From Atractiella rhizophila (taxonomy: Eukaryota), in the NCBI GenBank assembly GCA_021432655.1, contig MU271239.1, positions 1-43,952 of the forward strand: 43,952 nucleotides of DNA. The letters are read 5' to 3'. Every line of letters begins with the position of its first letter. The first letter of the stretch is position 1. Positions 12,047-23,247 of this stretch are shown here, piece by piece. Below the pieces are notes generated by a model. That model saw only the letters and a program-made list of their open reading frames with translations, did no database searches and was not told the origin of the DNA. The position numbers and the translations under genes were made by a program.

Positions 12047-13657
12047 ATGCGCTACGCGATCTTAGTAACAGGCGTGTTCCCCCTTCACATCTCCCCTTCT
12101 AAAAGACCATGTCTGGCACTGACATCTTTAACAGGCCCCGCAGGATCCGGCAAATCGACCTTCTGCTCCGCTCTTATGACGCACGCCCAAGCGGCCAAGC
12201 GACGCATGCACCTCTTCAACCTCGATCCGGCAGCTGAAGAGTTCGCGTACGAGCCGAGCATCGATATCAGGGATTTGATCAGCTTGGAAGATGTGATGGA
12301 GGAGATGGAGATGGGACCGAATGGTGGATTGGTTTATTGCTTCGAGTGAGTTTTTACTTGTCGTACTTCTCGACCAGATCCTTCTTATATTGTTCTATCT
12401 GCTTGTGGAAATCATCCGAATCTCGCCTTTTGCAATCGTGGATGAAATTTCCGAGATGAAATTTCCATATTTTTGTCTACATCGACATCCCATCTCACGT
12501 CCTCTTCGCCAACATGCCTTTGGAGAATATGGCGTCTTCATGCTAGTTCTCATCAAAGTCACTGACTTATTGCGACATCCCTTCTTTAACGAAGGGCCTA
12601 GGCTCAATTGGAGCTGTTATATTTTACCTGCAGTGTTTGCACACTTGAATGTTTGGAGTTTTGGATCCTGAATGTCAAGAAAGACAACGCCACAAGTTTC
12701 CAATTCAAGATATTTTTTTTCTGTTAACTAAACAGTCAGGGTATCCAATAAATATCTGAATGAACAGATACCTAATGGAGAACCTCGACTGGTTGCACGA
12801 CTCACTCGGCGAGTTTGAAGACGACTACCTACTCATCGACTGCCCAGGACAAATCGAGCTCTACACCCACATTCCCATCCTCCCATCCCTGATCAACATC
12901 CTCACCTCCTCACCTCTCTCCTTCAGTCTCTGCCGCGTCTACCTTCTTGAATCACAATTCATCCAAGACATAAACAAGTACTTCTCCGGCGTCCTCAGTG
13001 CTATGGCGGCCATGGCAAGCATGGAGTGTCCAACACTCAATCTGATCAGTAAGATGGATTTGGTGGACGTTTCGGGTAAGAAGAAAGGGAAGAAGGGGAG
13101 GAAGAAGAGGATGGAGGAGGGGGACGAAGGGAAAGTGTCGAATAGGGAAATGGAGCGGTCCGTTTTAACCCCCACTCCCGCCCTAAAAGCCCAACAAAAC
13201 TTTAAAAAAATGCAGGTATCTAGAAGCAGATCCTTCCTTGCTTTACGATGAAGCAAACGCGTCAACATCTAACACAAAGTGGCAGAAACTCAACCAATCG
13301 ATAGTTGACCTAGTCCGCTCTCTCTTCATCCTCTCTGTAGTGATACATAAATTAAATCAATCTGTTGTGGCAGATAGCGGGTTTCAGCATGGTAAACTTC
13401 CTCCCTCTTGATGCTAGCGATGAGGATTCGATGGAGCTCGTCCTCAGCCACATCGACAACGTGTTGCAGTAAGTTCAATCGTCCCATCAGCTTTGTCAAT
13501 ATTCATGACTGATTGATGTGGTTTGTGGAATGAAGGTATGGCGAACATGAGGAGCCAAAGGTGAGTTCTTGATCGTTATAAGAATTATCGTAACAAGTAC
13601 AATAAACAGGAGCCGAAAGATATGGATTCGGGCGATTTTGAGGCCATGGATGAGTGA
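12047..13657 (+). CDS. GPN3: GPN-loop GTPase 3
   Basis: [49 protein letters not shown] and [13 protein letters not shown] are GPN3 signatures. Multi-exon; stop TGA at 13655-13657. Confidence 0.93.
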
Positions 13658-13888
13658 AGTAGGGACGAAGGTAAAACGTTCTTTACCATGCCACTCACAA
13701 TTGACCTGGCCATGGCCACAGGCGGATGCAAAAATAGAGGACGAATCTAACAGACTGTGGCATTTTGTTGTACCATACGTATTGTCGTCCCATACATCTA
13801 CAATAAATATTGTAGCACCTTCGCTTCCACCCATGGTTGCTCCCAGTCCAGGCAAGAAACCAAGGCTAAGCTTCCATCCCTCAAAGCT

Positions 13889-14589
13889 TCAACGTTGATG
13901 AGGCTTGTACATGGGCTTCGCTCGTTCGTGTACTGGCACTTCCCCTTCCGGTGTACCAGGTATTACCTTCTTGAATTTCTGATCCGTTCATGAGCTCACA
14001 AGAATGGCTGATATGGAATCGAAGAGGAATGCACTCACAAATTTCTCAAATGCACATTCATTCAGCAACTTCTCTTGAGGTCGGCACATGTAATATGTCT
14101 ACCGGGACATCAGACGTCAGGAGACAGCTCAATTTGGTGGTGGTGGGACAAACATGGTTACTACGCTCGAGACACTCGTAATGCGCTTCCAGCACCTCTT
14201 TGCATGACGCCTTCATTTTTGAGATCCTAACCACCGCCGACATTTGCTCAACGCATTTGGGAGCAACCAGAGGAAGGAGAAACACACAAGTCTTGAGTGC
14301 ACCTCGTCACCCTCCTCCCCTCCTTCAAACAATGTGCCGGGTCGGTAGACTCCGCTTTACAGAGCATGAAGTCCTCTGTGCATACCAACAGCCTGTCACT
14401 CTCCCACCCTCTCGTTAACAGAGATTGAAAGAGCGTACCATTGTAAGGCGCACAGTGCTGCCCAATAAAAAAAGCGAGCGACTTCAGAGGTGCGCTCGTC
14501 GTTCCCACTTCGTCCACGTGAGGCACATTGGCCGGCATGGGCGTAGGGTCGACATAGGGAGTGCTGAGGATTCTTGGAGGTGCTGACAT
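13889..14589 (-). CDS. NDUFA8: NADH:ubiquinone oxidoreductase 20.8 kDa subunit (NDUFA8, twin CX9C)
   Basis: YVDPTPMP..VDEVGTTSAPLKSLAFFIGQHC..EDFMLCK..PAHCLKEGRRVTRC..C..HYECLE..NH, then KKVIPGTPEGEVPVHERAKPMY. Four introns. Confidence 0.92.
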
Positions 14590-14953
14590 CCTGGAATGAA
14601 AAGAAGTTGATAATGTCTAGCTCGTTGTCGCTTGAGTTGGCTGCCAAGGATATAAGCGGATGTACGACAAACTACATCAATTCGGAGAACTCGGTATTGC
14701 TGACTTGACTGCGAAGCGAATTGGGCTCGCGTTGAGAATGGGAGTGCAATGTCATCAACCAGCTGGGTTTGAAATGGAGCTGATGAAATTGTATTGTGGT
14801 GCGTGTCCGAGATAGGACTCGGGATAACAAGCTAGACTGGCGAAATTTCGTTGTGACAGTCAGATACAAGCAGAACTGCGATATAGAGAGAAGCATATAT
14901 AACTCGCTTTCCTTCAAGATCTCGCCAGTAATCAAAGAGAGAGATCATCCAAG

Positions 14954-15636
14954 ATGTCCGTCGCACTAGAAGCACAGGTAGAAGGCCAGGCACAATGGGT
15001 TTATTTCAACTCTCATCCTGGGATGGGAAAGGTGACCATTGCGAAGGAATATTTGTGAGTGAGCTTAAAGAAAGGTCAGCTTGAAGAGTTCTTAACGACG
15101 CTACGCACAGGAAGCTACACCCTGAGGCAAAGCTGATTCACAATCACTTGGTCATCGATCTATGTCGCAACATTTACAAGCAGAACAGTGACCCGTATAA
15201 TAAGCTACGCGTCCAAGTCGTTCGTCACCGTTTTTAATAGCATGAAGTATGCAAACACTGAAGAAGCTCTGTTATTCAGTTGGACGTCGTGCTGCAATCC
15301 CTCTTCGAGTCCAACATCAGCTGCGTCTTCACTGGTGCCCACATGGCCCACAACCGCCTCATCCCAGAGATAATTGAAGGCTTTGCCCTCTCCCACAATA
15401 TCTCCTTCACTGCTATCTATCTCGACTGCGAAGAAGAGGAACATATGATGCGAGGGCAAGGTGAAGACAGAGTGGGGAAGAAGCTGACGAGCAAGGATGA
15501 GCTGATGAGGATTCGTGCTCTGGACCTGTATCGCTTCTCAGGAGAAAAGACGAAGGCGATCGATATCGATGTCACAAAACTGACGGCCGAGGAGGCGGCA
15601 AAGAGACTGAGTGAACAGATTTGTCCGTCGAAATGA
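14954..15636 (+). CDS. Small P-loop kinase-like protein (AAA_33 / chloramphenicol-phosphotransferase-like fold)
   Basis: Exon 1 WVYFNSHPGMGKVTIAKE (Walker A-like), exon 2 LIHNHLVID, exon 3 IYLDCEEEEHMMRG...RV..KLT...IDVTKLTAEEAA. This pattern matches small nucleoside/shikimate-kinase-like proteins. Confidence 0.7.
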
Positions 15637-16158
15637 ATCGTTCGTTGTGAATAGAATGTACAATTGTGCATGCAAGGGAAATGCTCTGCATACGCTTTCT
15701 CTCGCTCTCGTGCTAGGGATGCCATATTACAGTAACATCTTCTCACAGAAGAATATTAAGGAGCAGCCTGCATTGAAACAGCTTCTAGGAGGATGGGACC
15801 ACAAAGCTCTCTGCGGGCTACGTGCAGTCACGGTATAGACATTGCAGGGGATAACCCTCAAACCTCATTGCATACCTTCGAACTCATAGCGTCACACTTA
15901 GATCCCATACTCTTGTTTGTTCTGCAGGACATTACTCTCGGGCTAAGATATAAAGTGGAATCAAACACTTAAATCGCGAATAGCGTTTGTGCAAAGTCTG
16001 CAAGATCGGGTGACGAATCTCTCTTCGTCGCCTGATCTTGCTGAGTTGACGCATCCCTAGAAACTAAGTCGGAGGGGATCGCCGTGACGGGATGCTCGAG
16101 AGAATGAGTGTCCTTTTCATAATGAATCAGGCAAACTGCACTGAGGCGGAGGCGAGAC

Positions 16159-17990
16159 TCATACCTTCAACTGCGCCAGTTCGTCTTCATAGTCTTCTAT
16201 ATTGTTGGAGAATTCGTACGCAGTGAAAGCAAGGTATTTCCAAATCTTTACGAGCCTACTCCGGCATTTAGTTTCTTCCTCGTGGCTGCAAAAGACACAC
16301 CTCTCCAAACTCGACTTGTATTCAGGGAATTGTGCTTGCCAGTGCACCAGAAACCTCCAGCCCTCGTTTGGGAGCCACCTGAAACTTCGAATCAGACCCT
16401 GATGATTGCTCAGTGTGCTGAAAATAGGTTTGTTTTCCACCTCGCAGACATCGACGATATAGTCCCACAACGCAAGAGTAAGCCCAATTTGTTCTTCGGC
16501 CACCTTCAATGAACACTTCCAGAGAGTGAGCAACCTGTCACTCTGGGGGAACCGTTGGCTAGCGTCTGAAATAACCCGAGACATGTAAAACGAATTTATC
16601 GACTCCTCTGTCTGAACTACACGAGAATCAGTTATTGTCTCCTCGCCTCCAGGTCCAACATAATACGAAGCAGTTGATGCGTTTGGAGGGTTAGACGGAG
16701 GAGAGCGTGCAAAATGTTCCTGCCGAGACTGACGAAATTCGAGGGATATATTGAGGAGATCGGTGCATGCAGCCTCAACGGCGGCTTGTGTTATATCGTC
16801 TTGACTAAGACTGTGTCCTACATAGAAGAAAGCCTCATCAGCCTGTCGAAACGGACTGGGAGTTAACCAACCTGTTATTGTGATATGTCTACGAAAACAG
16901 ACTGCTGTTTTCCAATAGGTATCTGTCACTTCGATAGCTTTCCCATGAAGGCTTCTGGAATGTAGACACCTTGGATCGATATACGGACTCGGATCCAATC
17001 CGGCAGAGCCGAAAAGACGTTGAATGTCGCAGTCTGTGCTGTAAAAGATTGAGCTACACTCAGCTTAGAGAAGGAAATGATAGAAGGAAATGATATACAA
17101 GAACGGAAGTCCTCCACCAGTTCTCTCTTCGCTGTGAAATATGGTGTCTGCGAACTGCAAGTCCTCGTATTAAGGACGCGACCTCTGACTCAGTACTGTC
17201 GACATACCCATAAAATGTGAAAATGCTTCTGTATAAACTGGGCTCGCTGAGCTTGATCGTCAATTTTCAAAAGTAGGTTAGAGAAGTGGTCGATTCCTAT
17301 TTGCAACAGGGCAAAATGGAACGTGTTGGGGCGAGTAGCAAGAAACATTCCAAGGAGTGCACTGATAATGGTCAAATTTTTGATGGTTGGTGCAAGGATG
17401 AATGGGGCCGCGATGATTCCGGAGAGACATTGATTGACCAGATCCCATCGAATACCTTTACGGCCGTTACCACATCGTCGCAGGTCGAGTAAATCATCCT
17501 TCAACGTCTGCACAGGTTGCTCCTTTAAAGCAGCTGAGCCCAGAATGACCTGATGTCACAGCAGCATCACGTAAAGTACTTTACTGCATGGAAAAGGACA
17601 TCACTCACTGGATGCCACGATCGAGTGGCGCCAACGGCGAGACAAGCACAAATCCAGGCCTATCAGGACATTATCAAGAAAAGTTTCTACAGAAATGATC
17701 TGGCATTACATCTATACATTCTGCTAGGTCGCTGTTCTTGCTTTTTAAATCCACGAATGATGTCCAGGATGTTGGATAATCCAATCCTGTAATGTCTGTC
17801 AAGAACCTCAGCAGCTGGTTGGTGCTTACTGCATGTCTGTTAGTGAGAGGAAACGTGAAAAGACCCTCACATTGAAGCAAATGATCACCGACGAAGGATG
17901 CCACTTGAAAACTTGCAAGTTTTCCATCTACTGAGTCACTTCCAATTTGTGTGTGCCTTATAAAAGTCGCTGCCAAGTCTACGACGCGGC
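16159..17990 (-). CDS. Uncharacterised multi-exon protein
   Basis: Chain of minus-strand ORFs (17674-17976, 17190-17513, 17060-17263, 16159-16998) separated by intron-sized gaps, ending in a 279-aa exon. No domain recognised. Confidence 0.45.
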
Positions 17991-18048
17991 GTGACTGGCT
18001 TCATATTGCGAGAAAGTCACCTACTTGCCTCAGACCTTGGAGGAAACC

Positions 18049-18417
18049 TCACATCTTTGAGGCTTCTCTTATTTTCTTTTGAGATTGCGATGAATTCTTG
18101 CCCAACTTCCTTTTTTTGGGTTTTCCCACCACGCCGATGCTATAAAGATCGTGTTGAAGGTGTCTAGAAGAGGAGTATCCAGTTTTATGTTTCAGCTCTT
18201 TCAAGGCCCATCTATAGTACGTCAGTACTTCCGGATCAAAGAGAAGTCGACATTCGTACCCCCTTGAGTTGCTGGCTTTAATAGCCAAGGGATGAGAGAA
18301 GGTACATGCGATACCGAGCGTCAAACATCGATCACAACTCGACAAATGTTGTCGAGCACAGAAAATACCGTGTTCTTTGCACGCGTCACATAGAGGAGCT
18401 TCGTATATCGTCGCCAT
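18049..18417 (-). CDS. Zn(II)2Cys6 binuclear cluster-motif ORF
   Basis: ATG at 18417 (MATIYEAPL), then C-x2-C-x6-C-x7-C-x2-C-x6-C (CDACKEHGIFCARQHLSSCDRCLTLGIAC) and an NLS-like KPKKRK. May be exon 1 of the 16159-17990 gene. Confidence 0.6.
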   Translation of the reverse strand: MATIYEAPLCDACKEHGIFCARQHLSSCDRCLTLGIACTFSHPLAIKASNSRGYECRLLFDPEVLTYYRWALKELKHKTGYSSSRHLQHDLYSIGVVGKPKKRKLGKNSSQSQKKIREASKM

Positions 18418-19563
18418 CAAGCGCAATCGAAACCAGATGTAAAATTCTCCAGGATGGCTACACACAACAGCAAACAACCTTCACAACAGAACTAGGAGAA
18501 GTCGATGTGCTTCGTAGAGGAGAGATAATGCTATGCTGGGGACTATGGAAATTGCTGGAAAACTTCAGAATGAGATTGAGCACTGAGGTTTGCCCTAGTG
18601 GGCAACGACTTCTTTTTCAACAGTGTACCTTCTGAGTCATGCGATTATAGGCGCCTCCATTCTTTCCATTTGAAAAGCAGATGTGGAAGACTTGGCTCAA
18701 GGGTTTCAAAAGAAATCTGAAGATCCACTTGGATCCGCTTTGTTGTCAGCGCCATGCTTAGAAAGGCTGTCCTGGTGATACATGGGATACAAGGATAGTT
18801 CAATTCGACAGAAGACGGATTTTGCCAAACTATACGTACGCACCCTTACTTACACATGCTACTATGCCAGTAGCATTCACAGCCGCATTAATATTCGGTG
18901 TTGTGGACAATCTTCCGCTATGCGCTTCTCAGCCAGCCCAGAAACTTAGTCAACTTTGAGCTACGCCGCGGGTTTACTGAGTTTTGAGAATTTGAGACGT
19001 AATCAAGAGGGCCCAGCAGGCTCGTTACGTGACGGTCCAATAATAACCACGGTAAGAGTCAACGAAAATGCAATTTCGAGACACGGTTATGTTGGTAGAT
19101 GACACGGGTTACTACGTCAGGCTGCTGCCTTCTGCCTAATGTGGCCCCCAGTTGCCAGTCGCACTCTATTTGTGAAGAAACTGGAGTCAGCAAACTAATA
19201 GGCTGACAAATCGTATCTCTACTTTTCTCACCTCGCTTCTAAGTTCAGTAGCAGGTGCAAGGTTTCTACTCGCAAGTTCTCCTCTGCGCTACACGACGTC
19301 GCAAATATAATTTTCTTTTCCATGAAAGCAGAATGAAAACATACGAGGCAGCATAAACTTGGGAATTTGGAAATTGGAACTCACATCACGAGTTACGCAA
19401 ACATCTCACATCTACTTGCCCAACACGACCTCGCACTTTCTGTCTCGAAGACGGTATTGTGTTCATTAGTAATTTAACGCACATCGTTGGGGTTGTGCTC
19501 AAGTTGGAGGCTGAACAAATATGGCCAACTAAGCTGAACGCGTCGACCTTTATTCAGAGCGTC

Positions 19564-21228
19564 ATGGCGTCAATAGCACACGAAGCGGCATGGTCTTGCG
19601 ATGGCAAGAAGGCCATGAAACTGACTCTTTGTGAGCAATATTTCTTGCACCTAAAAGAGGGATTGTGATCAATGACGCTGTAGCACGGGCAAAGAATTCC
19701 GCCAGGTCTTTACAAGGCGAGGACAAGGAATTACTCGCCTCCTTTCATCCGACCTTTGTGTACCCGATATTTGGACAGGAGGAATTAATCCCTGGATACA
19801 AAGGACTTGAGATAGACGTCCACTAGTTCCATTATAACCAGAGAATGGCACTAACTGGAGGTTTGGTTTAGTTGAGAATGGTCTCTGGAAGCCTCAAGAT
19901 GTATATGAATGTGACTTACGACAAAGCTCTTCCGAACTACGACGCGTCAGGGATCGAACGGAGCCTGTACGACTTCATTCCTCCTTGTTCGTCCTTCCAC
20001 TCAACCTTTCTTCCTGTCTTTAAAAGCCATACTCATTCTGCCTATACAGCATATCTTAAGAACCTAGAAGACTTCGAGGCACTTTTGGAGAGTGAAGAGA
20101 AAGAGTTCAAACCTGTGGGAGAAAGGATTGGTTGCTATCGACCAGGCCAAGAAGGCACGGACGCCAGGTGGGAGTTCGCGTATGCTCAGGAAGGAGAAGC
20201 ATGGGACGAGGAGGTAGTTTATGAAGCGTATCTTGTAAGTTCTAGGGCGACTCTTTGTTCTCCGTCATTCATAGTCCGACAGGCAACGGCTAAAACTCCT
20301 GGCTGGTTGGAGCTGCATAGAAGGATGCAGTTCTTTGTGCAACTGGAGATTGAGGGTGGCACCTACATTGAAGAAGAAGATGATCGTTGGGAGTTTGTAG
20401 CTTTGTTCGTCTAATCCCTTTCTTTTCATTCTTTCTGACAAGTCACTCAGATACGAGAAACGGAAAATTTTCAGCACTTCCGACGTGGCTTACCATTTGG
20501 TGGGCTACACGACGTTATACCGCTTCCACTTCTGGCCAGACAGCACCCGCCTCCGACTAGCGTACGTTCTTGACCATGATTTAACCAGTTGGACTGAAGA
20601 TCTTTCAGGCAATTCATCATCACTCCTCCCCACCAAGGGACAGGCCACGGCTCAGCGCTCTACAATCTTATCTATCGACACGTTCTAATACGGAATGAAA
20701 TCAAAGAGTTGACGGTAGAAGATCCGTCTGAAGCGTTTGCGGATATGAGGGACAAGACGGATTTGAGGAACTTGCGCTCCTTTGGGGTTTTTGAAGGCTT
20801 CGATAAAAAGCTGTTGAAGGATAGAGCGAAGGTTGAGGAGTGGCAGGAGACACAGAGGCTCAAATGGAAAATGGGACGCGTACGCTTTCCTTCAGCCATG
20901 CAATCTCTTCCTTGACATGGGGCGGCCACAGCGACAATTTCAACGTCTTCTTGAGATGGCCCTCCTTTTGCCACCCTCATCATCAAAAGGAAAAGCAAAG
21001 AAAACTGCACCCTCAAAACCATATCGATTGCACGTAAAGGAACGCATTTTCAGGCACAATTACGAGATTTTGTCTTCACTCGAGCCGACCGAGAGGAAGT
21101 TGAAACTTCAGGAGACGTATGACGACGTCATGAAAGATTATGAGAGGTTGTTAGCTGACAGTCAAAACAATGGGAGAGGGGCGAAGAGAAGAAGGGTAAC
21201 TATGCAAGAGGAGGAGGAGGAGGAATAA
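19564..21228 (+). CDS. HAT1: Histone acetyltransferase type B catalytic subunit
   Basis: FHPTFVYPIFGQEELIPGYKGL, LHRRMQFFV..IEGGTYIEEEDDRWEF, VGYTTLYRF, RLRL-QFIITPPHQGTGHG and TVEDPSEAFADMRD are Hat1 motifs. About 7 short introns. Confidence 0.93.
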
Positions 21229-21437
21229 AAACCTACTTTCGCTTTACGGTTTCTTAGTGGGGGTCGTTTGCATTTCTTGTCCTTCGCTTTCTCTGGAACT
21301 GGTACTATCTGCCGTGAAATTTGAGCAATGCAAACATATATGCTCATTCAAGAAGGTAATCGAAAAGCGAATAACACAAACATCTCTAAACTATGTCTAG
21401 CTAGGCCAAGTAACTTTGTGGCTCTACATCAGTCATA

Positions 21438-23020
21438 TCAAGCGACAATCTTGTCGGCGATCTCAAAAGCCCTTTTCAGATCCTCCTTCAGGTCTCTAGC
21501 ATCTTCGATCCCAACGCTCAACCTAACCAGACCCTCATCGATGCCCAACTGCTGTCTCGCTTCTGGAGTCAAAGAAGCGTGAGTCATGAGAGCTGGCAGC
21601 TCAGCGAGAGATTCGACTCCTCCCAAACTCTCTGCCAGGGTAAAGATCTTCAATGCGCCAAGGAACGTCTGTGCCTTCTTGAGAAGCAAGGAAGCAGAAT
21701 CTCCGACCCTGCCGATCCTGATGGAGAGCATTCCACCATAACTGAACCCATCCTCCTTGCTTCTCCCACTAGCCAATTCCCATTCCCTCGCTTGCGGCGA
21801 CAGTTGTTCCCATGCGATCTCCCGAATCCTCTCCTCGAGCGGCGTCGCTCCCGACTTCTTCAAACCGGGATAAATGACCTCCCTAAGCCAGGACCTAGAA
21901 TATCCTTCCTCCTCTAACCATCGAGCCAACTCCAACGCGGACTGTCCGTGTCGCTTCATGCGCAGCTCAAGCGTCTTCGCTCCACGTTGGACCATCCAAG
22001 CATCGTATGAAGAAGGCACCGCTCCACCTGCGTTCTGTAGGAACCTCAGCTTCTCAATGATCTCGGTGTGAGGAGAGATCACAGCTCCCATGATGACATC
22101 GGAGTGACCATTGATGTATTTCGTGAGAGAATGCACAACGATATCTGCTCCAGAGAGAATAGGGGTCTGATAAAAAGGGGAGAGGAAGGTATTGTCGACC
22201 ACCAGCAATGCACCTCGTTGATGTGCCAGCTTGGCAACGAGAGGAATAGAAGAGACGAGGAGTGTCGGGTTCGATGGGGTTTCGAGCCATACCAGCTTGG
22301 TATTAGGTCGGAAGGCTGAAAGGATGCTTGATTCTAGTGCGGTTTCGAGCGCTGCAACGTCTCGTGGGGAGGATGTCGTTGGGGACAAAGAGACGGTTGA
22401 CGATTGGAGCGAAGTGTTGATGAAGGTTGTCTGAACGTTTTGAAGAGTAGGAGCGACGCGGGTGAAATAGCGGAAGGTGCCACTGATGCCAGCATGTTAA
22501 TCGTCACAACGTTGAGACATGACGAAAGGACGTACCCGTATACGTCGCTTCCAGACACGATATGTCCGTCCCTCCCTACCACTGCCTGAACTATAGCCTG
22601 AGTGACAGCACTGCCACTAGCGAAAGTGAGAGCATTCGGCAACCGTTCAGCGCTCGCATGCCCATCCGCCGCTCCAGGTAACTCCAAGCTCTCGAGCATC
22701 CTCTCCAACGCCAAACGGTTTGGGTTCAATGAACGAGAATATTCAAAGAAGGGATTCGATCCATTTGCGTTGAGCGCCACACCGGGGACGGCTTGGGCAT
22801 AGGTAGTGCTGAGAGAAATCGAGGGTATCACAGCTGATGTGCTAGGGTCGGCAGCTGAACCGACATGTATCAAGTTCGTTCCGAAGTGGCGGGAGTCAGA
22901 GGATGGGATACCATGACCATGTCCATTGGATGAAGCTGAGTGTCCATTGGTTCCATTAGAGTATCCGTTCGAGGAAGGATGTCCGTTCGATTCTGCTGTT
23001 GGGACAATTGGAGGAGACAT
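21438..23020 (-). CDS. CYS3: Cystathionine gamma-lyase
   Basis: IPSISLSTTY, FEYSRSLNPNR, DVYG-GTFRY, LVWLETPSNPTL, VDNTF, PLP-lysine motif HSLTKYINGHSD, LAESLGGVESL, LVRLSVGIED. One intron near 22485-22535. Confidence 0.93.
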
Positions 23021-23079
23021 TGTTATAAATGATGTTGGTGTTGTTGGTTGATTTGATGGAGAAAAAAAAGGGACGCTGG

Positions 23080-23087
23080 GTTTTTAT
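23080..23087 (-). promoter_or_regulatory. TATA-like box upstream of CYS3
   Basis: TATAAAAA on the minus strand about 60 nt upstream of the CYS3 ATG, followed by a pyrimidine tract. Confidence 0.4.
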
Positions 23088-23247
23088 ACCTGACACCATA
23101 ACAAGCGGCTCAATCGCCATGCCGATCCCTTAACCCAAAGCCAGCTTACCTGATGCTAATAAATCTAAGACCCACTTTACTCGGCTCTACAGCGACAGTA
23201 ATCCCAGCTTTGCCCTGCTGCTGCCTCAGCACGCTTTGCCTCGCAAG

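Noticed and set aside
18640..19450. ORF-poor interval as a possible ncRNA locus
   Set aside because: No tRNA, snRNA or snoRNA motifs recognised; consistent with a divergent promoter region.
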